Source: an uncultured Chloroflexia bacterium (GTDB taxonomy: Bacteria; Chloroflexota; Limnocylindria; QHBO01). From it: a DNA stretch of 64,000 nt. Shown here one piece after another: positions 1 through 10,576 of this stretch; position 1 is the first letter of the stretch, and each line of letters opens with the position of its first letter. The stretch spans positions 1,856,001 through 1,920,000 of the forward strand of contig CAWGTN010000002.1 in NCBI GenBank assembly GCA_963825525.1, given 5' to 3'. The translations under genes were made by a program, and so were the position numbers. The notes beneath the pieces were generated by a model. The model searched no databases. It was not told the origin of the DNA and saw only the letters and a program-made list of their open reading frames with translations.

Positions 1-539
1 GCCTCGCCGGTGTGGACGCCGATCCCGACCGGCAGCGCGACCTCGCGAAGGATGGCTCGCGCCGCCTCGATCCCGACCTCGGCGTGGCGCTCGCCCACGA
101 ACCCGGGGATGAAGAGAGCCATGATGCCGTCGCCGAGAAGCTTGTCCACGAGCCCATTCGGCTCGCGGATCGCGCGGCTCGCGACGCGGACGTATTCGTT
201 GACGGCGGCGGAGTACTCGGCCGGTGACATCATCTCGGCCATCCCGGTCGAGCCCCGGATGTCGGCGAAGAGCGCGGTGATCTCGATCTCGGCACCGCCG
301 GGATGCTTCTCCGACTGGCGGAAGCAGCTGTTGCACAGCTGCGGATTGGGCGGATAGCGGCCGTAGCCGAGCGCTCGCATGACGGGCCCGCCGAGGCCGC
401 CCTGGGGAGCGAGGCACATCTTGCAGCGCGGGTCCGATGGCACGTGGCGGAAGATGCGTCGCTGACGCACGAGATCCGGGTGCTTGCCGGTCAGGATCAT
501 CTCCCAATCGAGCGAAGATTCCCGGTGTTCGTCGGCCAT
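1..539 (-). CDS. Class III adenylate/guanylate cyclase with N-terminal CxxC...CxxC domain (runs off window start)
   Basis: Not in the ORF track. Manual translation from ATG 539: MADEHRESS...PRCKMC...NPQLCNSC...[13 protein letters not shown]...[13 protein letters not shown]...[10 protein letters not shown], the cyclase catalytic motifs. -10 TACAGT lies 6 nt upstream. Confidence 0.85.
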   Translation of the reverse strand, partial: MADEHRESSLDWEMILTGKHPDLVRQRRIFRHVPSDPRCKMCLAPQGGLGGPVMRALGYGRYPPNPQLCNSCFRQSEKHPGGAEIEITALFADIRGSTGMAEMMSPAEYSAAVNEYVRVASRAIREPNGLVDKLLGDGIMALFIPGFVGERHAEVGIEAARAILREVALPVGIGVHTGE

Positions 540-603
540 GGTGCCACTGTATCCGAACCGTCCAGAGCGGGCGCTTGACGGATCGGCTACGGTCGCAGGA
601 CCG

Positions 604-2035
604 ATGAGTGATTCGAACCCCGACTCAGCACGCCCGCGAACGATCGTCGAGAAGATCTGGGACGAGCATGTCGTTGCCGAAGGCACCGATGGAGCTCCCG
701 ACATCCTCGGCGTCGACCTGCACCTCGTCCACGAGGTGACGAGCCCGCAGGCCTTCGACGGCCTGCGCGAGCGCGGCCTCCGTGTGCGGCGCCCGGGGCA
801 GACCGTCGCCACCGCCGACCATTCGATCCCGACCACCGACCGCAGCCTCCCGATCGCCGATGAGATCGCCGCGGCCCAGGTGAAGCGCCTGGAGGACAAC
901 TGCCGAGAGTTCGGCGTCCCGCTCCACGGCATCGGCTCGCCGCACCAGGGGATCGTCCATGTCATCGGCCCGGAGCTGGGCCTGACACAGCCGGGCATGA
1001 CGATCGTGTGCGGTGACTCGCATACCGCGACCCACGGGGCGTTCGGGGCGCTCGCCTTCGGCATCGGAACCACCGAGGTCGAGCACGTGCTGGCGACCCA
1101 GACGCTGCTCCAGCGCCGCCCGAAGACGTTCGAGGTCCGTGTCGACGGGGCGCTCCATCCGGGCGTGACCGCCAAGGACATCATTCTCAGCCTGCTGTCG
1201 CGGATCGGCATCGGCGGCGGGACCGGCCACGTGTTCGAGTACCGCGGCTCGGCGATCCGCGCGCTCGGCATGGAGGGTCGGATGACGATCTGCAACATGA
1301 GCATCGAGGGCGGCGCGCGGGCCGGGCTGATCGCCCCCGACGAGACGACGTTCGAGTACGTCCATGGTCGGCCCGCATGCGCCGCAGGGTGAGGCGTGGG
1401 ACGCGGCAGTCGAGGCATGGCGCCGGCTGCCGACCGACGAGGGGGCGACCTTCGACCGCAGCATCGCCTTCGATGCCGGCGAGCTGACGCCGATGGTGAC
1501 CTACGGCACGAACCCCGGCATGGGCTTCCCGATCACCGAGCGCATCCCGGACCCGGCCACCATGGCCGATGCCAACCAGCGCGCCTCCCTCGAGCACGCG
1601 CTCGAGTACATGGCGCTGACCCCCGGCGAGCCGATCCTGGGCAAGCCGATCGACGTGGTGTTCGTCGGGTCGTGCACAAACTCGCGCATCAGCGACCTGC
1701 GCGAGGCGGCCCGCATGCTCCGGGGCCGCCACGTCGCCGATGGCGTGCGGATGATGGTCGTCCCGGGCTCGACCGAGGTGAAGCGCCAGGCCGAGGCCGA
1801 GGGCCTGTCGACCGTGTTCACTGATGCGGGCGCCGAGTGGCGCGAGGCGGGGTGCTCGATGTGCATCGCGATGAACGGCGACCAGCTCAGCCCCGGCCAG
1901 TACAGCGTCAGCACCAGCAACCGCAACTTCGAGGGCCGGCAGGGCAAGGGCGGCCGCACGTTCCTGGCGTCGCCGCTGACCGCGGTCGCATCGGCGGTGA
2001 CCGGGCGGCTGTCGGATCCGAGGGCGCTGCTGTGA
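604..2035 (+). CDS. leuC: 3-isopropylmalate dehydratase large subunit (frameshift near 1375, probable sequencing indel)
   Basis: [37 protein letters not shown], then a second frame with [31 protein letters not shown]. Confidence 0.95.
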
Positions 2036-2651
2036 GCGCCGTCCGCGAGCCGTTCCGCGCGGTGACATCGGCGGTCGTGCCGCTGCCGCGCAACGACATC
2101 GACACCGACCAGATCATCCCGGCGCGCTTCCTGAAGACGATCAACCGCGCCGGCCTCGGCGAGCAGCTGTTCCACGACTGGCGCTATCTCGCCGATGGCT
2201 CGCCGAACCCCGACTTCGTCATCAACCGACCCGAGATGGCCGGGCGATCCGTGCTGGTCGTGGGCGACAACTTCGGCTGCGGCTCGTCCCGCGAGCACGC
2301 GCCGTGGGCCCTCGGCGCGTGGGGCATCCGCGCGGTCATCAGCAGCAGCTTCGCCGACATCTTCCGCAACAACGCCCTGAAGAACGGGCTCCTGCCGATC
2401 GCCGTCTCCCCGGAGGAGCTCGAGCACATCGTGGCCATCGTGCGGGACGATCCGGATGCCGAGGTCACGGTCGACCTCGAGGCGCAGGAGGTGCGGCTGC
2501 CGGATGGCGGGGGCATCGGCTTCACGGTGGACTCGTTCGCGCGCCGCATGATCCTGGACGGGACCGACGAGCTCGGGTACCTGCTGGCCCAGGAGCCGGC
2601 GCTCGAGGCGTACGAGCCGCGCATCCAGCGCGCGTCTCGACCCTCGCCTGA
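2032..2651 (+). CDS. leuD: 3-isopropylmalate dehydratase small subunit (indel near 2616)
   Basis: GTG overlaps the leuC stop. [41 protein letters not shown]. One added base restores the end [13 protein letters not shown] at 2651. Confidence 0.93.
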
Positions 2652-2659
2652 GGCCCAAC

Positions 2660-3509
2660 CGATCCATCCGGATAGAGATGCGGCCGTCGTCGAGCTGCAC
2701 GACGTCACCGTTCGGCGGCAGCGCCGCGAGATCGTGTCGCACGTCAGCTGGACCATCGGGGATGGCGAGCGCTGGGTCGTCCTCGGTCCGAACGGCGCGG
2801 GAAAGACGACGCTGGTCAGGATCCTCAGCACCTACCTCAGGCCGTCGTCGGGAACGGTTGAGGTCCTGGGCCGCCGCACGGCGCGCACGGACGTGGCGAA
2901 CTGCGGCCCAGGATCGGCTACCTGAGCCCGTCGCTGGCGACCATGGTTCCGCCCGAGCTCACGCCGCGCCAGATCGTCGACGCGGCGCAGGCCGGCGCGG
3001 TGCTGCCGTGGTACGTCGACCCGGGTCGCATCGACCGCGACCTCACGACTCGCGCCCTGGCCGACGCCGGCATGGCCGATGCGCGCGACGCACCGATCGA
3101 GACCTTCTCGTCCGGAGAGCAGCTGCGCGTCCAGCTGGCGCGTGCCCTCGTCACCGATCCGGCGCTGCTGCTCCTGGACGAGCCGATGGCCTCGCTCGAC
3201 ATCGGCGGCCGCGAGGCGCTGGTGGCGACCCTGTCGCGTGTCGCATCGGGCTCGATAGGCGCCGTCGTGGTGGTGCTGCACCGCGTCGAGGACATCCCGC
3301 CGGGCTTCACGCACGCGCTGCTCATGCATGACGCCCGCGTGCTCGCGGCTGGCCCGATCGCCGAGGTCCTGACCGACGAGTCGATGAGCTCGACGTTCGG
3401 GATGTCCCTCCAGATCAGGATCGTTGGGGATCGCCTGGCGACGATGGGGAAGAAGGCAGGGATTGAGTTGACGGGGCCCGCGCCCGCCAACGAGCCGTTG
3501 GGCCGTTAG
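2660..3509 (+). CDS. ABC transporter ATP-binding protein, ModF/YlmA-like (start uncertain, frameshift near 2900)
   Basis: Walker A GPNGAGKTT in the first frame; FSSGE signature and LLLLDEP Walker B in the second. Confidence 0.8.
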
Positions 3510-3512
3510 CAG

Positions 3513-4058
3513 GTGGGCCGTGTATATCGATACCTTCCGGCGGAGGGGTACGAGTGGATCGTTCCAGCCACCGACAGCGACTATCAAGTCCTGCGGGCAC
3601 TGGCGTGGCCTCCACCCGCATCAGCGTGGCGACCCATGGCAGTCCGGTCAGTGGGCGTTACCAGTCAGGGGGAGTTGCTCCGTCGCGCAGATCTTCCGTG
3701 GCTTACCTCAAACGTTCCCGCCTGCCGGCCAAGCGCGTGGGAGGCGTTGCGGAATCTGATAGCCGGTGACGCCGAGCCGCTTCCCCTCGTGGGTCCCTCC
3801 GGATCTGGGGAGTTTCTGGCCCTCGGCGTTCGAGTGCTCTCGGAGGCTATCGACATCGGAGCGTCGACGGTCGAGCGGTTTCATTCGGGCCGCCTCCTCG
3901 AAATCAAGGAGCCGGTGTTTGTAGCGAGCAAGATCGACGGCGCTGAGATCTTTCGGCTTGCTGAATTGCCTTCCGGCCCAACCTTTGTCTCGGAGGCATT
4001 CGTACATCTCGTCACCGATACCGGATTGTCAGGACTCTCCCTAAAGGAAGTCGTGTGA
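3513..4058 (+). CDS. Imm11/DUF1629-like putative immunity protein
   Basis: 181 aa. The pattern ADLPWL...EALR.LI...E.LPL...AIDI.AS...IFRL...FVSEAF...GLSG resembles the Imm11 family. More A/T-ending codons than neighbours. Confidence 0.6.
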   Translation: MGRVYRYLPAEGYEWIVPATDSDYQVLRALAWPPPASAWRPMAVRSVGVTSQGELLRRADLPWLTSNVPACRPSAWEALRNLIAGDAEPLPLVGPSGSGEFLALGVRVLSEAIDIGASTVERFHSGRLLEIKEPVFVASKIDGAEIFRLAELPSGPTFVSEAFVHLVTDTGLSGLSLKEVV

Positions 4059-4307
4059 CTTGGGGAACACCCCCGTGAGAACGGGCCGGGTGCCCCCGGG
4101 TTCGCACGCGGCCGCAGAGGCTGCACCACTACTGCGAGTAGTGGATCGCCGCGCACGCCCATCGGGCACAGGAATGGGTCATGATCTACTCGAACGCCTG
4201 CTACGCGCACGCACCGTTGGCCGAGCTCGGGGCCGCGGCGACACCGCGTCGAGCGACTCAAGGCTATTGCCCGTATGGGGTGCGCATTGGTACGTAGTCC
4301 CGCAAGC

Positions 4308-5102
4308 GTGGTAACCACCCTCCTCGACGACCGCTATGCGCCGATCACATCGTCGATAGGCTTTCTGAAGATGCCGGTGGAGGACGCGGCCGAGGCGTTG
4401 GCCGCCTGGAGACGCTCACTTGCGCCGCCCGTCTCGATCGAGCCGCTCGACCACTCACTCGAGGATGCGCTGCGCCAGCTCGATCCGCTCGAGCTCGGCA
4501 ACCGGTCGCGCGAACTGCTTGTTGCGGTGGATGGCGGCTGGACCGCCTACTTCGACTGCCTGGTCTCCGGCACAGACGCGGTGACCGCGATGGGCTTCCT
4601 GGCACAAACGAACCAGTGTGACGCTGCATCCATCACGTCGATTGCCGGCAGCAAGGGGCGGGGCGGTTCGATTAGGTTCGAGATCTACGGCCCCCAGCCC
4701 ACCGAATGGCTGAATCACGTCAGAGCCATCCAGGTTGCCGAAGACGACGGCAGGTGGCGATTCTTCGAGGCCGGACAGCCCCAGCCGTTCGAAGACCTTG
4801 ATGCCTACCGGGCGCGACGTATCAGGGACCGCCTCACGACCGACATGTTGTCCAAGTACTGCGAGGCGCTCGGATTCCGGCCATTCGAGGTGTCGGCGTA
4901 TCGAGAAGCAGTCTTGGTGCGCAGCAATCGGCCCGATGACATCGTTCTGATATCGCTCGAGGATGTCCAGAGGCGGCTGGAGTTGACGCCTAGCCCACCG
5001 GCCATGCTCAACCGTCCGGATGTGCCGGGCGGCCGGGCACTCAGGTGGACTCGAGCAGCCAGTCGATGGCTTCGAGGTAGCCGCGCCAACCCCGACCGAT
5101 GA
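4308..5102 (+). CDS. Hypothetical protein, possibly immunity-like; its 3' end runs antisense over the aroQ duplicate
   Basis: Long ORF starting TTLLDDRYAPITSSIGFL with RELLV...GWTAYFD and RWRFFEAGQPQPFED. GTG start at 4308. Confidence 0.55.
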   Translation: MVTTLLDDRYAPITSSIGFLKMPVEDAAEALAAWRRSLAPPVSIEPLDHSLEDALRQLDPLELGNRSRELLVAVDGGWTAYFDCLVSGTDAVTAMGFLAQTNQCDAASITSIAGSKGRGGSIRFEIYGPQPTEWLNHVRAIQVAEDDGRWRFFEAGQPQPFEDLDAYRARRIRDRLTTDMLSKYCEALGFRPFEVSAYREAVLVRSNRPDDIVLISLEDVQRRLELTPSPPAMLNRPDVPGGRALRWTRAASRWLRGSRANPDR

Positions 5103-5168
5103 CCTGGTGCGCGGTGGCCGGTGCCGTGGCGGAGACCCGGCGCCACGCCTCGCGGGCGGCGATGCCGT
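5041..5168 (-). pseudogene. Diverged duplicate of the aroQ 3' end
   Basis: Reads IAAREAWRRVSATAPATAHQVIGRGWRGYLEAIDWLLEST* versus aroQ ITAREPWRRVSVTAPATAHQVIGRGWRGYLEAIDWLIAST*. Confidence 0.9.
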
Positions 5169-5249
5169 CAAATGCATCCGTAGACAGTCTGCGCCTCCCT
5201 CCACCCACCACGATCCGAGATCCCGGCTCAGCGGCCCTAGTATTGCTCC

Positions 5250-5723
5250 ATGAACGCCATCGTTAACGCGGCAATGGCTGGATCGATCGGCGTGTTGTCG
5301 ATAGCGATGGCGATTGCCTTCAAGAGAGGGCGGGCACGCCGACTCGCCTTCGCGTATTGGGACCCCACGATCCCCTGGTACATCCGGAATGCAGTCTTCG
5401 GGTTTGCGCCGACTGGGGTCGCCGCCCTCGCCGCGGCTGTTATTGGGCTGGCAGGAACCACGGATACGCTGACTGGAGCGTTTGTGGCCCTCCCATTCAT
5501 TCTTTCGCTGGGGCCCGTGTTCCTCCTGGTCATTTTGTGGGCACGACGCCCGCCCGACTTCCTCAAGCCGGATTGGCTACGAGCGGAAGAGGCCGTCCGC
5601 GGCGGGCAGCCATCGACAACCGGCGCAGCACGCTGGATTGACCGCACCGCACTGCTACTTGGAATAGTGGCTGCGGCAATTGTCGCGCTAGGTTTTCCGT
5701 TCCTTCTGCTCTACCGACCCTAA
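5250..5723 (+). CDS. Hypothetical membrane protein (about 4 TM)
   Basis: 157-aa hydrophobic ORF with a PPDFLKPDWLR motif. TAGTAT -10 lies 6 nt before the ATG. AT-richer than flanks. Confidence 0.65.
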   Translation: MNAIVNAAMAGSIGVLSIAMAIAFKRGRARRLAFAYWDPTIPWYIRNAVFGFAPTGVAALAAAVIGLAGTTDTLTGAFVALPFILSLGPVFLLVILWARRPPDFLKPDWLRAEEAVRGGQPSTTGAARWIDRTALLLGIVAAAIVALGFPFLLLYRP

Positions 5724-5776
5724 CAATGGTGGAACGCACCACTAACTGAGCGTAAGCATCGGCGCGGGCTGATGAC

Positions 5777-6199
5777 TCAGGTCGAAGCGATGAGCCAGTC
5801 GATGGCTTCGAGGTAGCCGCGCCAGCCGCGGCCGATGACCTGGTGCGCGGTGGCGGGGGCCGTCACCGAGACCCGGCGCCAGGGCTCACGGGCGGTGATG
5901 TCGCTGATGTGGACCTCGACGGCCGGGCGACCCGATCCGCGCAGGGCGTCGTGGAGCGCATACGAGGTATGCGACAGCGCGCCGAAGTTGCAGATGACGG
6001 CGTCGTAGTCGAGCTGCTCGAGCCGATCGATGAGCGCGCCCTCGTGGTTCGATTGGAACGCATCGAGCAGGGAGCCGCGCTCCAGCGCATGGGCGCGCGC
6101 CGACTCCACGATCTCCTCGAGGGTGGTCGTACCGTAGATCTCCGGCTCGCGGCGCCCGAGCGTGCCGAGGTTCGGGCCGTTGAGGACCAGGATCTTCAT
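5777..6199 (-). CDS. aroQ: Type II 3-dehydroquinate dehydratase
   Basis: MKILVLNGPNLGTLGRREPEIYG, FQSNHEGALID, HTSYALHDA, VEVHIS. Confidence 0.95.
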   Translation of the reverse strand: MKILVLNGPNLGTLGRREPEIYGTTTLEEIVESARAHALERGSLLDAFQSNHEGALIDRLEQLDYDAVICNFGALSHTSYALHDALRGSGRPAVEVHISDITAREPWRRVSVTAPATAHQVIGRGWRGYLEAIDWLIAST

Positions 6200-6203
6200 C
6201 GGC

Positions 6204-7059
6204 TCATTCTCCTCCGGCCACGCCGAACGAGCCCAGCACCCGCATCGAGCTGGTGTGCTGACGCAGCCCCGGCAGGGCCGATGCGAGTGGATCCGACGCG
6301 GCGTCGCCGGAGACCTGGACCAGGAATCGATACCGCCACGGCCCGCTGCCCGACGGCCGAGACTCGATGCGGCTGAGGTTGATCCCCGCGTCGGCGAGCG
6401 AGCCCAGCGCGCGGTACAGGTCGCCAGGCGTGTGGCCCGTCTCGAAGGTGATGAGCGTCTCCCGCGCGGCGTCCTCCGCCGGTGCGAGGGAGCCCGCGGC
6501 TTCGATCTGGCCGCCGTCATCGCGCCGAAGAACGGCGAAGCGCGTCATGTTGTGGGCGGCATCCTGGATGTCCGTCGCCGCGATCTCGAGCCCGTAGCGC
6601 TCGGCAGCGCGGGCCGATGCGATGGCCGCCGGAGCCGCGCTCGCCGCTCGCCGCCAGCTCCCGGGCCGCTCCCGCGGTGTCGGCCGCCGGGACGACATCC
6701 CAACCACGGTCGGAGAGGAAGCGCTCGCATTGCGAGAGTGCCTGCCAGTGGCTGCTCACCCTCCGGATCGCCCCGATCTCGACGCCCGGCAGGACGAGCA
6801 GCTGATGACGGATCGGCAGCAGCAGCTCACCGACCACGCGCAGCTCTCCATCGGCGAGCGCATCGAGCGCGTCGCCGACGGTGCCGGCCAGCGAGTTCTC
6901 GAGTGGCAGGACGCCGGCATCGGTCGTTCCATCCTCGACGGCGCCGCACACCGCCGAGAAGGTCGGCATCGGCATCGGCGTGGCGTCATCACCGAACCAG
7001 CCGACGACCGCCTCCTCGCCGAAGGCTCCCGGCTCGCCCTGGTAGGCCACCGTGGTCAT
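6204..7059 (-). CDS. pheA: Prephenate dehydratase with ACT domain (frameshift near 6640)
   Basis: MTTVAYQGEPGAFGEEA, LPLENSLAG, SHWQALSQC, then NMTRF and NLSRIESRP in the other frame. Confidence 0.92.
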
Positions 7060-8626
7060 GCGGCGATCGTCCGCAGCCCGAGCGTCGATCTCGGCGTCGG
7101 TGACGTCGTCCACCTCGCTCACCCGGCCGATCTCCATCGGCAGGATCCAGCGCTGGCGGCCGGCGTGGCGCTTCTTGTCGCCGAGCATGGCCGCGCGGAC
7201 GGCCGCCGGGTCGAACGTCCGGCGCAGTGCGAAGCCCAGCCCGTCGAGCAGCGAGTCAAGGCGATCCGCGAGCTGCGGATCCCCGCCACGGCCGGCGGCG
7301 ATGGCAGCCACCGCCCGCAGCCCGAGGGCGACGGCGGCGCCGTGCGAGAGCCCATAGCCGGACTCGATCTCGACGCCGTGGCCGATGGTGTGGCCCAGGT
7401 TCAGCGTGCGACGCTCGCCATCCTCGTACGGGTCGCGGTCGCACACGCCGAGCTTCAGGCGCGCGCTGCGCTCGATGATCGCGAAGCGAGCCGGCTCGTC
7501 GGTACGAAGGGCCGCCGCCCCCCGGTCCTCGATGAGCCGCCACAGCGCCGGATCGCCGATGAGCGACGACTTCACCGATTCCGCCATGCCGTCCCGGCGC
7601 TGGCCGATCGGCAGCGAGCGCAACGTCGCCACGTCCGAGATCACCGCGACCGGCGGCCAGAACGCGCCGACCGCGTTCTTCGCATCGCCAAGGTCGACCG
7701 CCACCTTGCCGCCGATGGCGCTGTCGGCCTGCGCCAGCCACGTGGTCGGCACCTGGATGAGCGGGATGCCGCGGGCATACAGCGCGGCCGCGGTCCCGGC
7801 GAGGTCGCCGATGGTTCCGCCGCCGACCGCCAGGAGGGGCACTCGAGCGCTCCACGCGATGCTTCACCAGCCACTCGAGGATGCGCTCCAGGGAACCGAT
7901 GCGTTTCGCACGCTCCCCACCCCGGATCGGGAGCATGGTTCGCGTTCCGAGCTGCCTGACGAGGCCCGGGAGCAGGTCCAGCAGCCGCCGATCCAGGACG
8001 ACCACGCCGTCCGGGACATCGTCGAGCTCCACGCCCATGACCACGCGGGCCATTGGCGCACCCATCGGGTGATGACGCGGGACTTCGGCGTCGAGCAGGC
8101 GGCGGGCCGACGTGACCCGCATACCGTTCATGACCTCGGTCGCCAGCGAATCAGGCGTTCCGCCCGCCTCGATGCGGAGGTCGGCGGCCCGATAGACGGC
8201 CGATCGACTGGCCAGGACCGCTGACGTCCGTTCGGTCGAGTACGGCTGGAGGGTGGGGCGTGCAACGCCGTCGGATCGCAGGCGCTCGTTCAGCCGTTCG
8301 GGGTCCAGGTCGAGCCATGCCACCGTGCCGTGCTGCCACAGCGCCCATCGGTTGAGGGGGTCCAGCGCGGCGCCACCGCCGGTCGAGATGATGGCGCCCG
8401 GCGTGGCGCATGCCTCGCGCACAGCCTCGGACTCCTCGACGCGGAACGCGGCCTCGCCGTGCCGTTCGATGTACGCGGGCACGGGCATGCCGATCCGTCG
8501 CTCGGCGAGCTCATCGGTGTCGAGATGGGGGACGCCCAGCCGCTGCGCCACGAGCTGGCCGACGGTCGACTTTCCGCTGCCCGGCATGCCGACCAGGACG
8601 ATGCCCGAGCGGTCCGGCTCAGACAT
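7056..8626 (-). CDS. aroKB: Bifunctional shikimate kinase / 3-dehydroquinate synthase (indels near 7845 and 7085)
   Basis: GMPGSGKST and STGGG (AroK) run in frame into the AroB N-terminus GERAK; then GGGTIGD, VPTTWLAQADSAIGGK, LNLGHTIGH, DKK. Confidence 0.9.
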
Positions 8627-9380
8627 CGGCCCCGGGACCCAGCTCCGTCCGCAGTGCGGCTCGCATGGCATCGATGGGCGCTTCGCGCTCGGCCCAGATC
8701 GAGAAGCTGAGCGCTGCCTGACGCAGCAGCATGCCCGCGCCGCCCCGGGCTCGGGCACCGATCTCGCGGGCGTCTCGCACCAGGCGTGACGGACTCGGCC
8801 GATACACGAGGTCGAGCACGGCCATCTCGCGTCGCAGGAGCGCAGCCGGCACAGGGGTCTCGTCGGCATCGGTGCCGATCGGCGTCGCGTTGATCAGCAG
8901 ATCCGCGGTCACCAGCGCCCCGGGCAGGCTCGCCCAGCGCGAGCGGTCGAGGACCAGGATCTCGTGGCAGCCCTCGGCGCGAAGCGCATCGGCGGCGGCG
9001 CGAGAGGCGCCACCAGCACCCAGGATCACGGCTCGGCGAATTCCCGGCGGCAGCTCACCGCGCAGGGCGGCGAGGTCGGTGTTGTGGGCCACCAGCCGGT
9101 CGTCATAGCGGACGATCGTGTTCGCCGCCCCCAGGCGCTTCACCTCGGGACCGAGCTCGTCGACCAGCGCGCAGACCGCCATCTTGTATGGCTTCGTGAC
9201 GTTGGCGCCGATGCGGTCGCCGGCCCGCAGCGCGGCCACCTCATCGGCGAGCTCGTGCGGCTCGACGTCGCGCAGCTCGTAGCGGGCATCGGCCCCGATC
9301 GCGTCGAACGCGGCGTTGTGCATCGCGGGCGACGCGGAGTAGCCGATGCCCTGGCCGAGCAGGACCGCCAGCGCCGTCAC
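8619..9380 (-). CDS. aroE: Shikimate dehydrogenase
   Basis: SASPAMHN, GANVTKPYK, AANT, HNTD, GAGGAS, NATPIG, DLVY, GMLLRQA. Confidence 0.95.
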   Translation of the reverse strand: MTALAVLLGQGIGYSASPAMHNAAFDAIGADARYELRDVEPHELADEVAALRAGDRIGANVTKPYKMAVCALVDELGPEVKRLGAANTIVRYDDRLVAHNTDLAALRGELPPGIRRAVILGAGGASRAAADALRAEGCHEILVLDRSRWASLPGALVTADLLINATPIGTDADETPVPAALLRREMAVLDLVYRPSPSRLVRDAREIGARARGGAGMLLRQAALSFSIWAEREAPIDAMRAALRTELGPGADV

Positions 9381-10576
9381 GCCGTGGAGCCCGGGCCGCG
9401 CGTGCGGCGACGGCGGCGGGACACGGCGGCCCGCAGATCGCCGATCGTGTCACCACCGAAGGAGTAGAGCAGCTCGTCGGCCAGGACCAGGGCCACCATC
9501 GCCTCGCCCACGATCGCCGCGCGCGGCAGGACGGTGACGTCACTGCGCTCGATGTGCGCGCGGCCGCTCTGGCCGGTCGTCATGTCGAGTGAGGGGAGCG
9601 GGGTCCGGAGCGTGGAGACCGGCTTCTGGGCGACACGGACCACGATCGGCTCGCCATTGCTGATGCCGCCCTCGATGCCCCCGGCGCGGTTCGTCCGGCG
9701 ATCCCAGCCGGAGCCCGCAGCGTCGACCACGTCATGGACGGTGCTCCCACGACGATCGACCGTGCCGAATCCGAGCCCGATCTCCACGCCCTTCACTCCC
9801 GGGATCGCCATCGTGGCGCCGGCCAGCAGGCCGTCGAGACGCGTGTCCCACTCGGACGACGAGCCCAGGCCGATCGGGGTGCCTTCGACCACGACCACGA
9901 ACGAGCCGCCGATCGAGTCGCCGGCCTCCTTTGCCGCGTCCACCTCGGCCAGCATGGCGCGCTCCGCTTCCGGGTCCGGGCAGCGGAGCGGGGAGGGATC
10001 GGCCAGGTCGCGATCGGCCCAGCCGTCGGGAATGGCGGCCAGGACGTCATCGGCGTCGGGAAAGGCCCGGATCGGCCCGAGCTGGTCCACGAAGCTCCAG
10101 ATGCGCACGCCGCAGGTGAGGAGCAACTGGCGCGCCAGCGAGCCAGCCACGACCCGCGGGGTGGTCGACCGTGCGGAGGCCCGCTCGAGCACGTTTCGGA
10201 CGTCGTCGGTGTCGTACTTCAGGGCGCCGGCCAGGTCGATGTGCCCGGGTCTGGCACGGGTGATCGCCTTCGGGCGTCGGGCAGCCGGGATCGGCTCCAC
10301 CGACATCCGGTCCAGCCAGTTGGCCCAGTCGCGGTTCTCGATGCTGAACCCGACCGGGGAGCCGAGCGTCCGCCCGTATCGGATGCCGGCGGTCCACTGC
10401 ACGCGATCCCGCTCGATCTGCATCCGCTTCCCGCTGCCGTAGCCGTGCTGGCGCCGCCGCAGGTCAAGGTCGACACCGCGCGTGCTGACCCGCATCCCGG
10501 CCGGCAGCCCCTCGAGAATGCCGGATAGCCCGGGGCCGTGCGACTCGCCACTGGTCAGCAGGCGCAGGCGGCGCAT
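9377..10576 (-). CDS. aroC: Chorismate synthase
   Basis: TSGESHG, RPGHIDL, ERASARST, NRAGGIEGGISNG, ERSD. Confidence 0.97.
   Translation of the reverse strand: MRRLRLLTSGESHGPGLSGILEGLPAGMRVSTRGVDLDLRRRQHGYGSGKRMQIERDRVQWTAGIRYGRTLGSPVGFSIENRDWANWLDRMSVEPIPAARRPKAITRARPGHIDLAGALKYDTDDVRNVLERASARSTTPRVVAGSLARQLLLTCGVRIWSFVDQLGPIRAFPDADDVLAAIPDGWADRDLADPSPLRCPDPEAERAMLAEVDAAKEAGDSIGGSFVVVVEGTPIGLGSSSEWDTRLDGLLAGATMAIPGVKGVEIGLGFGTVDRRGSTVHDVVDAAGSGWDRRTNRAGGIEGGISNGEPIVVRVAQKPVSTLRTPLPSLDMTTGQSGRAHIERSDVTVLPRAAIVGEAMVALVLADELLYSFGGDTIGDLRAAVSRRRRRTRGPGSTA

Noticed and set aside
2032-2925. Apparent LeuD-ABC ATPase fusion
   Set aside because: One added base near 2616 gives a normal LeuD end ([13 protein letters not shown]) at 2651; probable indel error.
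3480-5760. Integron attC-like cores (GTTAGCA near 3505, CCCTAAC at the 5723 stop)
   Set aside because: No complete attC palindrome with L boxes could be built, and there is no integrase in the window.
6517-7842. Apparent AroB-PheA fusion
   Set aside because: A one-base shift near 7085 ends AroB (LRTIAA*) with TGA overlapping the pheA ATG, like other junctions in the operon.
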